From Basidiobolus meristosporus CBS 931.73 (Eukaryota; Fungi; Basidiobolomycota), in contig MCFE01000290.1 in NCBI GenBank assembly GCA_002104905.1, forward strand, positions 38,715 to 102,714: a stretch of DNA of 64,000 bases, given 5' to 3'. The translations under genes and the position numbers were made by a program. The notes beneath the pieces are model-generated. The model did not search any database and had not been told where the DNA came from. It saw only the letters and a list, made by a program, of their open reading frames with translations. Positions 1 through 13,916 of this stretch are shown piece after piece (positions within the stretch are counted from its first letter, which is position 1; every line of letters begins with the position of its first letter).

Positions 1-12
1 TGACAAGTTGCA

Positions 13-429
13 TTGCAGGTAAAAAATCTGGAGCTGGAGGAGATCACCGACCCCTCGCTATACCCCAACGTTATCCATGGAACCTACTTGGAGAAATGGA
101 AAGTGATAGGTAAGCCCGACCTTTCGTCTACTTTTGACCCCGCCCCAACACTCATATCTGCGCTCGATTCAGCCGAGAGTGGCCTCTCAAAGATGTCTCG
201 CAACCACATCCATTTTGCCAGTGGACTGGTCGGCGAGGAGAAGGTGATTAGTGGAATGAGACGAAACTGTACTGTCTTCATCTACGTTGACCTGAAAAAA
301 GCCCTGGAAGATAAGGTCCGATTCTTTAAGTCCTCGAACGGAGTGATCTTGTCGGAGGGGATTGATGGCATCTTGCCCGTCAAGTATTTCTCCCAAGTAT
401 TGGATTCAAACGGTGCTAGTTTACTGTGA
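13..429 (+). CDS. TPT1: tRNA 2'-phosphotransferase (Tpt1/KptA family), 3' exon only; 5' part lies upstream of the window
   Basis: C-terminal KptA motifs VIHGT, GLSKMSRNHIHF, VISGMR and SSNGVILSEG. A likely splice acceptor (ttgcag) lies at ~14-19, so the listed Met is probably not the true start. Confidence 0.9.
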   Translation: MQVKNLELEEITDPSLYPNVIHGTYLEKWKVIGKPDLSSTFDPAPTLISALDSAESGLSKMSRNHIHFASGLVGEEKVISGMRRNCTVFIYVDLKKALEDKVRFFKSSNGVILSEGIDGILPVKYFSQVLDSNGASLL

Positions 430-615
430 TCTCACTGAATCGTTTTTTGGTGAATAAGTGTTTATTGAATTAGGGGATGGGTGATGCTCCCATGGAAGCA
501 TCAATAAACGAACGATCAAGTGAACATTCGTTCTTCCTGGATTGAATATTGTTCTTTACATGGGTGGCGTGAGCTGATATATTGGATATTGAGGATGCAT
601 TGAGACTCGCGGGAT

Positions 616-1122
616 TTAGTCGTGAAGCTCCTCGTGTGTCAGCGCATCAAGCTGGGACCGTAATTCGAATATCTTCAAGCCAATCTTGCGCTGAACATCA
701 TTTTTCTGGGCCTCGTTGAGGCGTTCAAGTAGCGCGTCATATGCCTTTAGGCACTCGGTAACGGCCTGAAGGTACAAGCGCAGATTAGAGGTGGAAGTGA
801 GGAGCTTTGGTGTTTGGGCGGGACTAACCTCTTGGGCTGCGGCTTTCTCGTCATTATAGTAGACAGAGCCCTTGGATTCGGTAGCATACTCCAACTATTA
901 AGCAAACAACCATTAGCATTGTCCTTGGTTGAGCTGTCTGATTGCTATTTCAAAGCTACCCACTTCGTCTCTTGCTTCAAAGAACAAGTCGGTGATCTTG
1001 TCTATCTCAGACTGAACATTGACCTGAGAGGAGTAGAACCTTTTAGCGTAGATCGTGCTTCGGGAGGCACACAGGGAGCGTTTTAACAGCCCAAAGGTCA
1101 ACACTTTGTTTAGTTGGCTCAT
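616..1122 (-). CDS. Conserved hypothetical protein, likely mitochondrial, 3 exons
   Basis: ATG at 1122. Arg/Ser-rich presequence-like N-terminus ending KRFYSS. Two GT-AG introns join DLFFEARDE / LEYATESKGSVYYNDEKAAAQE / AVTECLKAY...EELHD*. Confidence 0.7.
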
Positions 1123-1568
1123 TCTCAGACTCTATTTAAGAGTCATATTGCATATCATTAGTGTTCAGTAAATGGTATTGGATGCATATAAACGAAGAAT
1201 ACTCAGATATGCACCTTGAATATTGCAAAAAGATAGTCGGTTGAAGTCTAGAACGAGCAATCAGCGATTTTAAAGAATATTCGTGGTTGCCGGTCATCAA
1301 TGGTTCATCTGGATCAAATTTTTCTGAGTAGCATGGGGAGATGAAGGGGGCTGTCATACGAGACTGGGGTTTCAATGAGCGATACCAAGTGGCATAATTG
1401 GTGATATAGGGTAATTGATATATGCACAAGATGGATCATGGTTAAATTAATGTTACTCAATCGAAGGATTGTTGCCTAAACCCATTGATTATCCGGTTCA
1501 ATTGAGGAGACCAACCGCTCTTGGTCCAGGAGTGTTAATCTTGCACTTGTACCCTCTTCTTGACAAAC

Positions 1569-1961
1569 ATGGGGAACGGAACTAACCTTTTGGTTTTAAT
1601 TACGGCCGGTGTGGCTCTAGCCTCGAATCCCGATGAGGCCTCCTTCAAGCTCTACATGGAGAAGACACTCCAACGGTAGGTTCTAAATCCCAAGTTCACC
1701 AGCCCCACCCCATCTGACCCTTTTAAAATGGCCAACTTAGCTCAGGCTCCTCCTGGTTCGAGCGTAAGCTCATTTCTCAGGTATCTGCAATGGTTTACAA
1801 GCGCAAGGTATTTATTGTTGTGGCGAGCTGTTGAGTGCATGTTAACTTAGTATTTGCTTTATCAGGACTACAAGTTTTTCTCCTTGATTTCCATTCCAGA
1901 GACCGAAACAACGTACTTGGGTGTTTTCGGGATTTGGGTGCCATTGCCTTTGATCAAGTAA
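1569..1961 (+). CDS. Small membrane-anchored protein, DUF4359-like, 3 exons
   Basis: Manual splice model (donors gtaggt ~1676 and gtattt ~1809; acceptors ttag and tcag) gives MGNGTNLLVLITAGVALASNPDEASFKLYMEKTLQRSGSSWFERKLISQVSAMVYKRKDYKFFSLISIPETETTYLGVFGIWVPLPLIK*. Family call rests on recalled NP, Y..FS and LG.FG motifs; no search was run. Confidence 0.65.
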
Positions 1962-2304
1962 AATAAAGATCCTTTTCCAAGCATACCCAGCTCCTGTATC
2001 TTGATTCCACAGGAAAGCGAAGTAAGATAGAATCACCTATTCAACACGTGTGAAGCAAGTTGAGGTCAGTGGCGGAGCGCTTTAACCAGACAACTCGCAT
2101 CAACTCGTGGTTGTATAGACAAGTAGATATGCTTCCAGAGTGCTTGATTCCCGAGCCGAAACAGGTCATGTCCTTAGATGGACATTTTTTACATGGGTGG
2201 CCTAAGTACCAGACAGCATTATAGTTTATTTAGCATTGTCTTGTCTGAGGAATACGGCTATTACGAATCATGGCATGGCTGTACAGGGCTTTGGGTTTAA
2301 CAAT

Positions 2305-3119
2305 TCAGGTTCTTCTTTGATAAGAGGGGTTTATGTAGTGTTCAATCAATTCCTGCTTTCGACCTGCTTCCCAGGGCTCATTCTCGGATGGGTTAATAAT
2401 CGAGGAGGACGTGGAGCCAGTTTCGATAGAGTTTTCGTCGACACTTTTGTACTTCTGCTTCAAGCGGCTTCCTACTCCCAAGATACGGGTCCACGCGGAG
2501 TCTGGATTGACGTTGCCTCCCTCTTCATCAAAGGTCCATGGCGTGCTAAACGAGATTCGTCTGGAGGAGCGCGAGAGCAAGTATATTTTTTCTTCGTCTG
2601 TGGAGAACCAATGGCTGAGAAGGAGGTACACAATATAGAGTGTGGTGAGGCCGAGCAGTCCACCTAGTATGAAGATAGCTATGCTAAGAATGTGTACGTT
2701 CGGAACTACAAATCCGGAAGGGGGGCTTTGAGTTAGTGACTTCGGGAGGAGTCTCTTGGTTGTGTTTACCATAACATTGTCCGTATAGATAGTCTTCTGT
2801 GGTACATTCTGCCTCGTTGCTAGGCTCGAACCAACTTCCTTGAATGCATTTGTGGCTCTGAGAGATTGGTTATTTCCGGGGTTTTGGGAGGAAATTCGCT
2901 GTGTATACCTTGGTACAGAACCCACACCCGCTTATCGTCCCACAGGCGGAGCAGTCTGTGAATGCAGAGCAAGGATCTTTGCGAAGCCACTCAGTAAAGT
3001 CGACCACGTGGGGTTGGGTTTGGATTGAACTTACCTTGTATCACGCTGTTTGTGATATTAGCAGTCACAACGAAGGTTGGGATCAGGAGGCTGTAGAACA
3101 ATTTGCATAATGTTAACAT
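2305..3119 (-). CDS. Type I membrane protein with a PSI-like Cys-rich ectodomain (PTTG1IP-like), 4 exons
   Basis: ATG at 3119. Signal peptide, then spliced DPCSAFTDCSACGTISGCGFCTK / SHKCIQGSWFEPSNEAECTTEDYLYGQCY / VPNVHILSIAIFILGGLLGLTTLYIVYLLL (TM) and a cytoplasmic tail ending at 2305. Three GT-AG introns keep the frame. Confidence 0.7.
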
Positions 3120-4336
3120 CAAACGGGAGAGAACAAAGAGATGGGTTAACGGATAATACAAGCAAGGGTAACAAGAGTTAAGTTTAAGGGTAAAGTATAC
3201 GACCACAATGAAGGAATGCCGCTTGGTAAAATATCTAGTCAATAATCAATCGTTTCAGAATCAAGGTGGTGGGAGAAGCTGACACCATCGTTTACATCAT
3301 GTAATACTCGGCTCAATTTTGGAGGTTGTTTCGAAATTACCATCTAAAAGGGTGAAAACCGCCATTAGAAATCATGCTGATATACGTACGAATTACAATT
3401 CAACCGAATGACTCAGGTCTAATTGGAACAGAGGGCAACAGAGGGCATTTGTTTCAGCTCTGGGTGGAGTAGAATTCCCCCAAACCATTATCCTATTGAG
3501 GCAACGAGCATACATTGCGGGCCTCGCGCTATGCAACCGGCAAAGCCACCACTCAGTCTGAATCTCCAGGATGCAGCACACTTCTTCCAAGGCAGGTGGA
3601 GTTTTCGATGCTGTAGTAGATATGCTCGTGCGGGTAGCAGGCAGCGTTCAGGGACTACCCTCGGGGAACGAGAGCGATGTCTCACCTGATTGGTATCACT
3701 CATCGCCTCTTAAGGAATGCACTTTTATTTACAATGCGATGGAAGATAGTGATCACGTACTGTGCATTCCAGATCACGGCCAGTAATAAAGCATGGGTGT
3801 CAGCGCTTCCAAGCCTAAATCGGAATCGTGCCAACACGACCCCTGTTCTACTCATGAATCCTGCAATGGTCGTGGTGCTACATGGATTGATACGGAAGTT
3901 CCCTACTCACAATAAAGTCATTCAATCTCAGAGAATGGTTGCCAAGTAGCAGCCTTCACAATCCGTGGCAGGATGATCCGCTGGATATCCTGTGACGAGT
4001 TGGTGCACGCAACCCAGAACAAGCATCGAAATCACCAACACAGGCAACGCATGATAGCGACAATGGTGGAACATCCAACCACTACACTCAAAAATCCTTT
4101 TGCTTAGCCACCCCCTTCGCCTTATGGCTAGCTCTAGCTAGCCAGAGTATGGATCGAATGACAATGGGACCAATTACTCACGAGGAATGGAAAATTGCCG
4201 TTTAGTAAAATTGTTTATTATCATTTGTGCTCGGCCTATGTAAGCGTGTGGATAGGACCCATACGGGTAGTCGTGATTACGCTAGATTATGTAGAAGCCT
4301 AGCCCAACCGGTCTTGGCGATGTATGCAGTGCCTCC

Positions 4337-5270
4337 TTACCAATCCAATCTACCACGGTATAATTCCTGAATAATATGCTCATCGAGGAGTGTTTTCTCG
4401 ACAATGGCTTGGGCATGGCAAGATTTGACTCGGCCATACCACACACCGACTACATGAAAGTTCCAGGGTTAATGAATGAACTTTTGGCAATGTAGCGATT
4501 TTGACGATTTACCTGGATAGATTATAACGTTGCCAGCAAACTTATGACCTATACTCCTGCGGATTAAATACGAGCCGAGAAAACCGTGGGTTACTTGAAG
4601 ACTTACCTCCGATATGGCTGACCATCAGAATTTCAACTTTCTCCTCTATGCCTTTCTCTTTGACTACCCGAAGGAATTCTTCCACCAGGATGGGTGCAGT
4701 CACTCCGCAACGCTTATCTCTTCTCTTGTGCGAACAGACCAAAATAAAGCTGAGTTCTTTAGGCAACTGCTTCACTTCAAATTCCTCCATATGTTGCTCT
4801 TCGCTATAGATATAGGTGTCCAGGAAGCAATCCAGGTTCTCGATGTTGACATTGCGCACGAGCTTATTATCGGGCAAAATGATGATCTCGTGGTCGCCTT
4901 CCTTTAGACCTTCGGGCACCTTTCGGTTGGTATTTGTGATGATCACTCTGGGTCCCTTGCGATTGGCAATTCTCTTGGTCAACTCCGCAGGTAGGCTCCC
5001 TTCCACCTCCTCGATACGCTCTGCCCAGTCATGCTTTCCGGTAGAAATCAAGAGCTGCTTGAAGTAGGGCTTCACTGTGCCTTCCATGGTCTCTTCCCTG
5101 TCTATTTTCAAATAACTGGGGAATTGTTTGTGCTCTTCACAAGGATTTTCGCAGTTCACACAATCACTCTCGTGAATGAAGTCATAATCCTGTGGTAGGC
5201 TATAAGTATCCGGCTCTGCACTTCCACTGCCGGTCAAAGTACGCTTGATGGTGTTTAGAAACCAACTCAT
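4337..5270 (-). CDS. APD1: Thioredoxin-like [2Fe-2S] ferredoxin (Apd1/Aim32, sucrase-ferredoxin family), 3 exons
   Basis: ILVCSHKRRDKRCG motif. Removing introns gtaagt...tatag and gtaaat...atgtag yields SHIGGHKFAGNVIIYPVGVWYGRV...LYRGRLDW*, the 2Cys-2His ligand set. Confidence 0.88.
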
Positions 5271-6033
5271 GTTGCCGATGTATTCTACACAAACCTAAGC
5301 GTTTAGTGCGCCTTCTAAAGCCAATCTTAACAGGATGATGGAAAATTATTCTTCGAATCACCCATTTTTTTATGACATCGTTTTGGCAATTTGTCAAGGG
5401 ATTTCTCCACTGTGGGAAACCCCCATAATATTCGGTGCACAAGGATTTGGACTAATTTCCAATGCATATTGCCACCGGCTGACCAATGTAAGTAGCCTTC
5501 AGCAACCCACTAGCTATTTACCAGATTGGTCGAACTGTATGACTGGAGTTGACTGCATCCATATGGAGAACTTTGTTCACATTCATTGACTCATGCCTAT
5601 GACGTTTTTCTGGTGAATGATATGCTTGAAGGCTACATTTTATGGTGATTATCGGGGTACAAGGACTTTTACAGAAACCCCCATCCAGCCAGCAAATGAA
5701 ATGCCATGTCAATGTAACTTCGCTACTGGTTAAACCCCCAAGATTCTGAAAGTCGACAATATTTGCGTCGCAACGATGTTGGAACCCATTTGCAAATCTT
5801 GCTCATCCATTACCACATTCAAGTGTGCTTGTGTGGCAAAGGCCAGATCGATGTTACTTACCATATTGATGTGTTGCTATTTATAAGCGATTGTTATATA
5901 CACTATTTATTTTGTTTAGTTGGCAATGGGTTGATAAATCAGTCAAGATAATGGTTATCCTTAGGCCAAGATCGATCCAGGCGCATTGGACACGAGCCAG
6001 CACTGTAGGTCTGCTCTTTAGAGGTAAATTATA

Positions 6034-6333
6034 TCAAGAAGGGAGGATGCTTTCATGATCACCTAGACGAATCTCGTGCACTTGGACATCGTCCCGGTGC
6101 CGGTGATGTGTCCGACTGTTAAGCTTGTGATACAGTGAAGAGGAGCGGGAGGCAAACGCCTCTTCATTCCATATAAAGCCATAGGATTTTTTGGTGATTA
6201 GGATAGGTGTGTGATCGTATTCGCTGAAATATTCTTTGACATGAATGTCGCTTGAGGTGGAAGCACTGGAGATTGAGGATGTAGGGGAAGTCTCCCGGTG
6301 GACTTTCTGTGGAAGCGAATCAAAGTTGGACAT
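6034..6333 (-). CDS. Small hypothetical protein, 99 aa, single exon
   Basis: ATG-initiated ORF with a Ser-rich N-terminus and compact motifs YGFIWNEEAF and VQVHEIRL; AT-rich 3' flank. Confidence 0.6.
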   Translation of the reverse strand: MSNFDSLPQKVHRETSPTSSISSASTSSDIHVKEYFSEYDHTPILITKKSYGFIWNEEAFASRSSSLYHKLNSRTHHRHRDDVQVHEIRLGDHESILPS

Positions 6334-8143
6334 ATCGAATTGGTTGATGAGCGAAATGGGGAGGGTGAAGGAAGCTCTCTAACTCAACTCTATAAAGGTA
6401 GCTTGGCCACTGGACTTGGAATCGTCAGGCTTTTTATACACGACATCGTGCTTCATTGAAGCTCGCCTACACATTTATATTAAGCTACTGTATAGGATCA
6501 GTATTCGAAACTTATCTTTATTTTAAAAACCTGTATTCCACTCTCCCTGATTGAGCCCAGGTATGATTAGAGTGCTTCCAATCAAGTGAATGCGACGTCA
6601 ACTACGCAGCTGTGAGCTGCAGCTTACATCTCTCTGCGAGAGATTATTTGTCATGTATTGGAATGAACTCACTCTGAATCAGATGGTTTCACCTGGCAAG
6701 ACGGGTCATGACAGCAGTGCACCAATTCACTTCAGGCTATTAACCAAGTTGCCACTATCAGGCTTCCAATTTGGGCTGATTTCTATTGATCGAGAAATCC
6801 ATCCAGAATCCAGAAGGGCTGCTAGCGGTGTACTACCAATCCCGTGAACACAGTTCACCGAAGTAGTGTGCGATGTAGCGGATCACCGGGCTGTGACTGC
6901 TCTCTATTTTTACTGTTATCGAAGGCTATATAAAGGGATATTTTTCTAGATCCAATACTCCGATCGGCCTTGCGAGCTTTTCTGAGCCAATTCGGATAAT
7001 CAGTTTCTAGCGCTATCTGGTGGAGACTTTTTCTTCATGAGCAGACTCTCTTACAGGTGAGTTTTCGGAGTCGGTGAATTTCTCATGTGGATTGGTGGCA
7101 GGCCGATAAATCGTTGATTGATCAGTCGGCATTCTCTGCAAGTGTTCTGTATGTTGAGTGATCTCGATTGCACACGAAGAAGGGCAGCCGGTTCGATGTA
7201 GAGATGTGATCGATGCCTATTCTGCTTGCGGGTAATGATGGCCTCTATGCTGTAAGCATATACACATGCGCCACCTTCAAAGCAGCTTATCGCGCCAACC
7301 AACCAACTCGATACTGACATTCGGGTTTCAAATATCTACAGTCCAAAGTAGGGATAGATGCAAGCCTTGCCCTCCCGAAGGACCAGTCGACCAATCAAAA
7401 TGGAGCACATGCGTGGAGTTATCAAGCCAGAGAAAGTCCGTTTTCTTGGAAACTATATATATGATCCATCACCAACCACAACTCACCAGTGACAAGGCTC
7501 CTCTTACACGGCAATCCCCCAATACATCAGACATCCTTGACCCAGGCACTGTTGGTCAAAGCTCTAGTTCAAAATTTGGAGATTGGGATCTTCATGGATT
7601 TTCAAATCCATTTCCATCTTCGTCTCCGTACCTTCATCGGTATATGGTCTATATGGCTTAACACCCTTGGTGGTTTGTGGCCGGGATAGATGGCAGTGGG
7701 TGTGAATCATCTGGGCAATTGTAAGACATGGGACACCACTTGAATCTTATTCCATTGAGAATAGTCACCAGGGCGTTTCTCGCAGTGACCCTTCCAATCC
7801 CCACAACGCGGGTGCCATGCACCACTCTTTTTAGACTATCTTACTATATATGTATAAAATCCAGGAGAACATCGAGTGCGATCATTTTATAGCTCTGTGT
7901 ACATCACTGCAACCACGAGCTTAAAAATACCTTCAAGTAAATTACAAACAAACAGGCACACTGTGGTGGTGTGTTTCGATAGATTGCTCACACAGATCTC
8001 GCTCGGAACCTTCCACAATGGTTTGAGTATGAAGGATGTACCATGGATATGATCCAGTTTGATGCAAGGTGCTCCTTTCAGGCGGTTAAGGCGCCCAATT
8101 ACTGATTTCCTCCCTTATGTATACTTGCCGACAACAACCATTT

Positions 8144-9148
8144 TTACTGATGTTTTTCATGTAACTGGGCGCTGGCTTTTTGCTGGTCGACGGTCATCTC
8201 CGGAGGATCTGATAGATAAATCAACAGAGAGGGCACCGACGCTTGGCCTAGTACGAAAAAGAATGGGCCTATGTAGGGAACATACATCAATGAATAAAAC
8301 AAAATGGCAAAGGATAGGGTGACGGTTTGTCTGGGTGAAAACCACAGATATCTTTCTGAATTGGTGACCACAACCCGGGAGAAATAAGGCTCCAAGAGCT
8401 CCCAGGCCAGAGCTCTGCAGCCATAAAAGTAACTCAAGGCGTAGACACTATAAGGTTTCAGCACCGGAAATATAAAGGTAGCCAATGCAAACGTATATCC
8501 GACAGGTTTGCCGAAGGCTCGTGAAGTTAACCAAGCAGAGGCAAGTGGCGTTGCCAAAACTCCGATAACCGGAAGTAAAGATAATGCATAAACCGTTAAA
8601 AGCAGTCTTAAGCGACGGGTAGTACGAGCAAAGTAACGTTTCATCTCTTTCCAATAGGTGTAGCGGTATGGAACCCTAGAAAGTCGCACGAAATATGTGT
8701 ATGAAGATGCCTGGAGTGAGGTCATAAATACACGATCAAATGGTTGGGGATATAGATAACGAACGAACAAGAGTCCAATAAAAGGGGTGGTTGAGATTGC
8801 GCTTGACACGCTTAACATTACAGTATTCAAAGTGGAGTCAACCGTGGAGTAATCGTAGCGAAATAAATACCCAAAAAATAGGTTTCCCCACTTGACAAGT
8901 TTTAAAGGAAACAATATCAAGTTGTGGGTAACAAAATAAACGACAACCAAGAATCCGAATAGGATCAGGAACGACCACAAAAGCCACACGCGTAACTGAG
9001 GATTACGAAAAGATGCGACGGACCCTTCACAGGCGAGTTCAAATCCTTTGATGATATCAAAAAACATCTTCGTATTGGTTATGATCTGAGGGTATGATGC
9101 TGGTGACCGCGGTGGGGAAATATGTGGACTAGCGCTTCTCGAGTCCAT
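8144..9148 (-). CDS. Multi-pass membrane protein, EI24/UsgS-like
   Basis: 334-aa single ORF with several hydrophobic helices. Motifs FDRVFMTSL, SLLPVIG, LAWELLEPYFSR and VPYIGP resemble the EI24/CysZ-like fungal family. Confidence 0.65.
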   Translation of the reverse strand: MDSRSASPHISPPRSPASYPQIITNTKMFFDIIKGFELACEGSVASFRNPQLRVWLLWSFLILFGFLVVVYFVTHNLILFPLKLVKWGNLFFGYLFRYDYSTVDSTLNTVMLSVSSAISTTPFIGLLFVRYLYPQPFDRVFMTSLQASSYTYFVRLSRVPYRYTYWKEMKRYFARTTRRLRLLLTVYALSLLPVIGVLATPLASAWLTSRAFGKPVGYTFALATFIFPVLKPYSVYALSYFYGCRALAWELLEPYFSRVVVTNSERYLWFSPRQTVTLSFAILFYSLMYVPYIGPFFFVLGQASVPSLLIYLSDPPEMTVDQQKASAQLHEKHQ

Positions 9149-9474
9149 CGTATCCCTAAATGCCTTCTATCTGTAAGAGAGCTTCCACTCTTTCAGCAGC
9201 CTTTATAATCCCCCAGTATCAATAGTACCAGGAATCCCACAATACGTCATGTCCGAAAAAAATAGCATTACATCAGGTGCCGCAGCAACCCTGGATTGCA
9301 CATCGATACTTTATATGCCAACCTTTATTTTTCTATGGAGTACGGCAGCTCTTTAGATGAGTAGTCTTAAGTACAACTAAATCCTATATTGAAGAACAGG
9401 GCATAGAGTATGGTGGTGAATGAGGCGTTGGTACATGTCAAAATTGATCAGATGCGATGGACTAAAATGGTGTA

Positions 9475-11624
<2,150 letters not shown>

Positions 11625-13414
11625 TTTGACTAGGAGTGCTAAGAAAAGCTGGATGATGTTGCAAGCCCGTCCAGCGGATATTTATAAGATTTCACCAACA
11701 TGGAATGGCATTTTAGATAAGGTACAAGCTTCGGTTTGTAGTACTCCAAGTGCACTGAAACCCAATTCCAATATATCCTATGGTCTTTATTAAGCAAATT
11801 GATTGACATTGCCAATTTCAACAATGTAGGTACCCTGCCCAAACAAAGAAGGCATATAATCTCTCGGATTAGCCTTGAATTGCGCGCCCACTCTCCTCGT
11901 AGTGGAAATCCATCGATAGTACCACTCCAAACGTTGCAAGGCCCAATTAATCTTGCCATTCGATATTATATCACTACAGGTACATTTCGACCGCTAGATC
12001 GAACCGGAATATCGAAAGGCGGTCACACTGAGACCTGGAAATCATGACTTTGGCCGCTATTCATCTTCGCCTAATTATTAAACGGCCACTCATATCAATT
12101 GTGGTTGCTCATGATCTGAATTGAATATGTGAGCCCTCAGACTTCATTGGCCACGGCCCACGCTGGCGCTCGACAAAACCATCTGCGAATCTATCTGAAA
12201 CATCCTATTCATAATGGTAGCCTAAGCGGGTCATCCATTAGAACCCGGATATGAGTCTGGATATTGTTAGGCATCCTCTTTATAGACGAATGTCTTAACT
12301 ATTTCTGTCGACATTGTGCCCCAATCGTATAATTTACCGTGGGCCATCCAGCATGGACCAAAACATTCCATGGAATCATGATAGCCTGTCGCATATGCCA
12401 TGCCATCTGTATAGGGATGGATTTTATTATACTGCGACGGAGCAGATGAGATCTCAATATTACAGATATGGAGTTGGCGTGCTATTATTGGGAGGATGCC
12501 GGGCGGTAGTTCACATCATTTACACTAGGAGCAGGGCTGATAATCAATCCCCCAGCACACCTTCCATCTCAAAGAAGCTTCGGTCAGGGTGCCAGCAAGG
12601 GCCCTGGACAGCCCGCCTCAAGGCGAAGCACCTGCTGGGTATGCACCGCCAGGGTTTCGCCGGCCCTGCCGTCCAAGCAGCTCGTATAAGACAGCCAGCC
12701 TCGTTGACTACTCTTTGGTATAGTGCAGCGCGGCTAGTGGGTGGCAGTAAGCCAACAAAGCGTTGCACTGGGAATACAGTTATCTCGATTGTTCCGATAA
12801 ACAACCGGATTACGAAGGATTACTAGCGCGCTAATTAATAGCAGCAATGTCTGACAGATGTTTGCCTCAGTGCATCGCTGGCCCTCAAATCATAGCACAG
12901 TGCAGAGTGCAACAATAACTTACAATTATGGTTGTGTAACTAATTAGATTAATGCTTCAATCATCTTTCCCTCATGTTCTAGCCAGAGTTAATCCATCTT
13001 GCTAATCAGATGGGGAAGGCTCTCCTGATATATTCGTGATATCGCCTCAATAGCACATGTGTTCACACGCCCTTGGAAAGTATTGAGCCCAATGTCATAC
13101 CGCACTTGATCTATACTACGATATATTCTAGACACCAAGTCTAACAATCGAGGCCAATCAGATGCTGTTCCAATTGTTTGCAGCCTGATGCAATTGTGCC
13201 TCTCGAGCATTAGAGATGCCCAGAAACACAAACTGATAGCAGTGGCCGACAAATATGGTGTATTATGAGGGCAATCCTCGCAGTGTTTATTTTAGTCACG
13301 TAGTATTCTACCAAAAACAAATATAAAACCTGATAACCTGTTGGGAACTATACAGTAGAGAAATAAATAAATAAATAATCAGCGGAGTAGATAGAAGCCT
13401 CGGCGATGTTGGGG

Positions 13415-13916
13415 CTATTCGATTGAGATGTCAGCACAGTTTACATAGGTTTCGCCGGTGAGTTCGGCGTACCAGAGAAAGCGAAGGGCACACTGCTCAC
13501 AAGTGACACCTTCAGGGAGCTGAACCGATGTCTGGAACTCGCCGGAGACGTCGGCGCAATCCCAGCTTGCTAGTGTATCGAAATTCGAATCGAGATGGGT
13601 AGCCAGATCTATTTGGCAAGGCCCGCGATGAGCAGCACCAATTTCCCAGCCAATGGTTATCATCTCTCCCGAGGAATAGCGAGCGGTTGTAGGGCCAGGT
13701 GGGTTTCCTCCGCAGGGCATATGGCTATTGGGGCCACGGGTGAGGGAAAGGCCGACATTTCGATCTCCCGGTGGAATTCGGACCTCAGGAACTGTCTGAT
13801 AAATTCAAGGTTATGATTGACGTGCTATGTATTAGTTGAGTAAACCAGCCTACCATGTGCCCATGGGCCATAACATTAGCAACAGCGAAGGCTAGCGACA
13901 GAGTGATTTTGAACAT
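13415..13916 (-). CDS. Secreted LPMO-like copper protein (His1 brace), 147-aa precursor, 2 exons
   Basis: Exon 1 (13916-13854) is MFKITLSLAFAVANVMA|HGHM, followed by a 58-bp GT-AG intron (13853-13796). Exon 2 carries PCGG, GAAHRGPCQI, CEQCALRFLW and ETYVNCADI. Confidence 0.8.

Noticed and set aside
5280-5830. Short ORFs and a GTAAGT donor suggesting a gene
   Set aside because: No splice combination I tried gave a convincing protein.
7030-7700. Overlapping ORFs 7051, 7266 and 7489
   Set aside because: No recognisable domain and no consistent exon model. A gene is not excluded but is unsupported.
12314-12826. 170-aa ORF and GC-rich stretch as a gene or structured RNA (SRP, RNase P/MRP)
   Set aside because: No recognisable protein motif, and I could not find the conserved SRP or P4 signatures.
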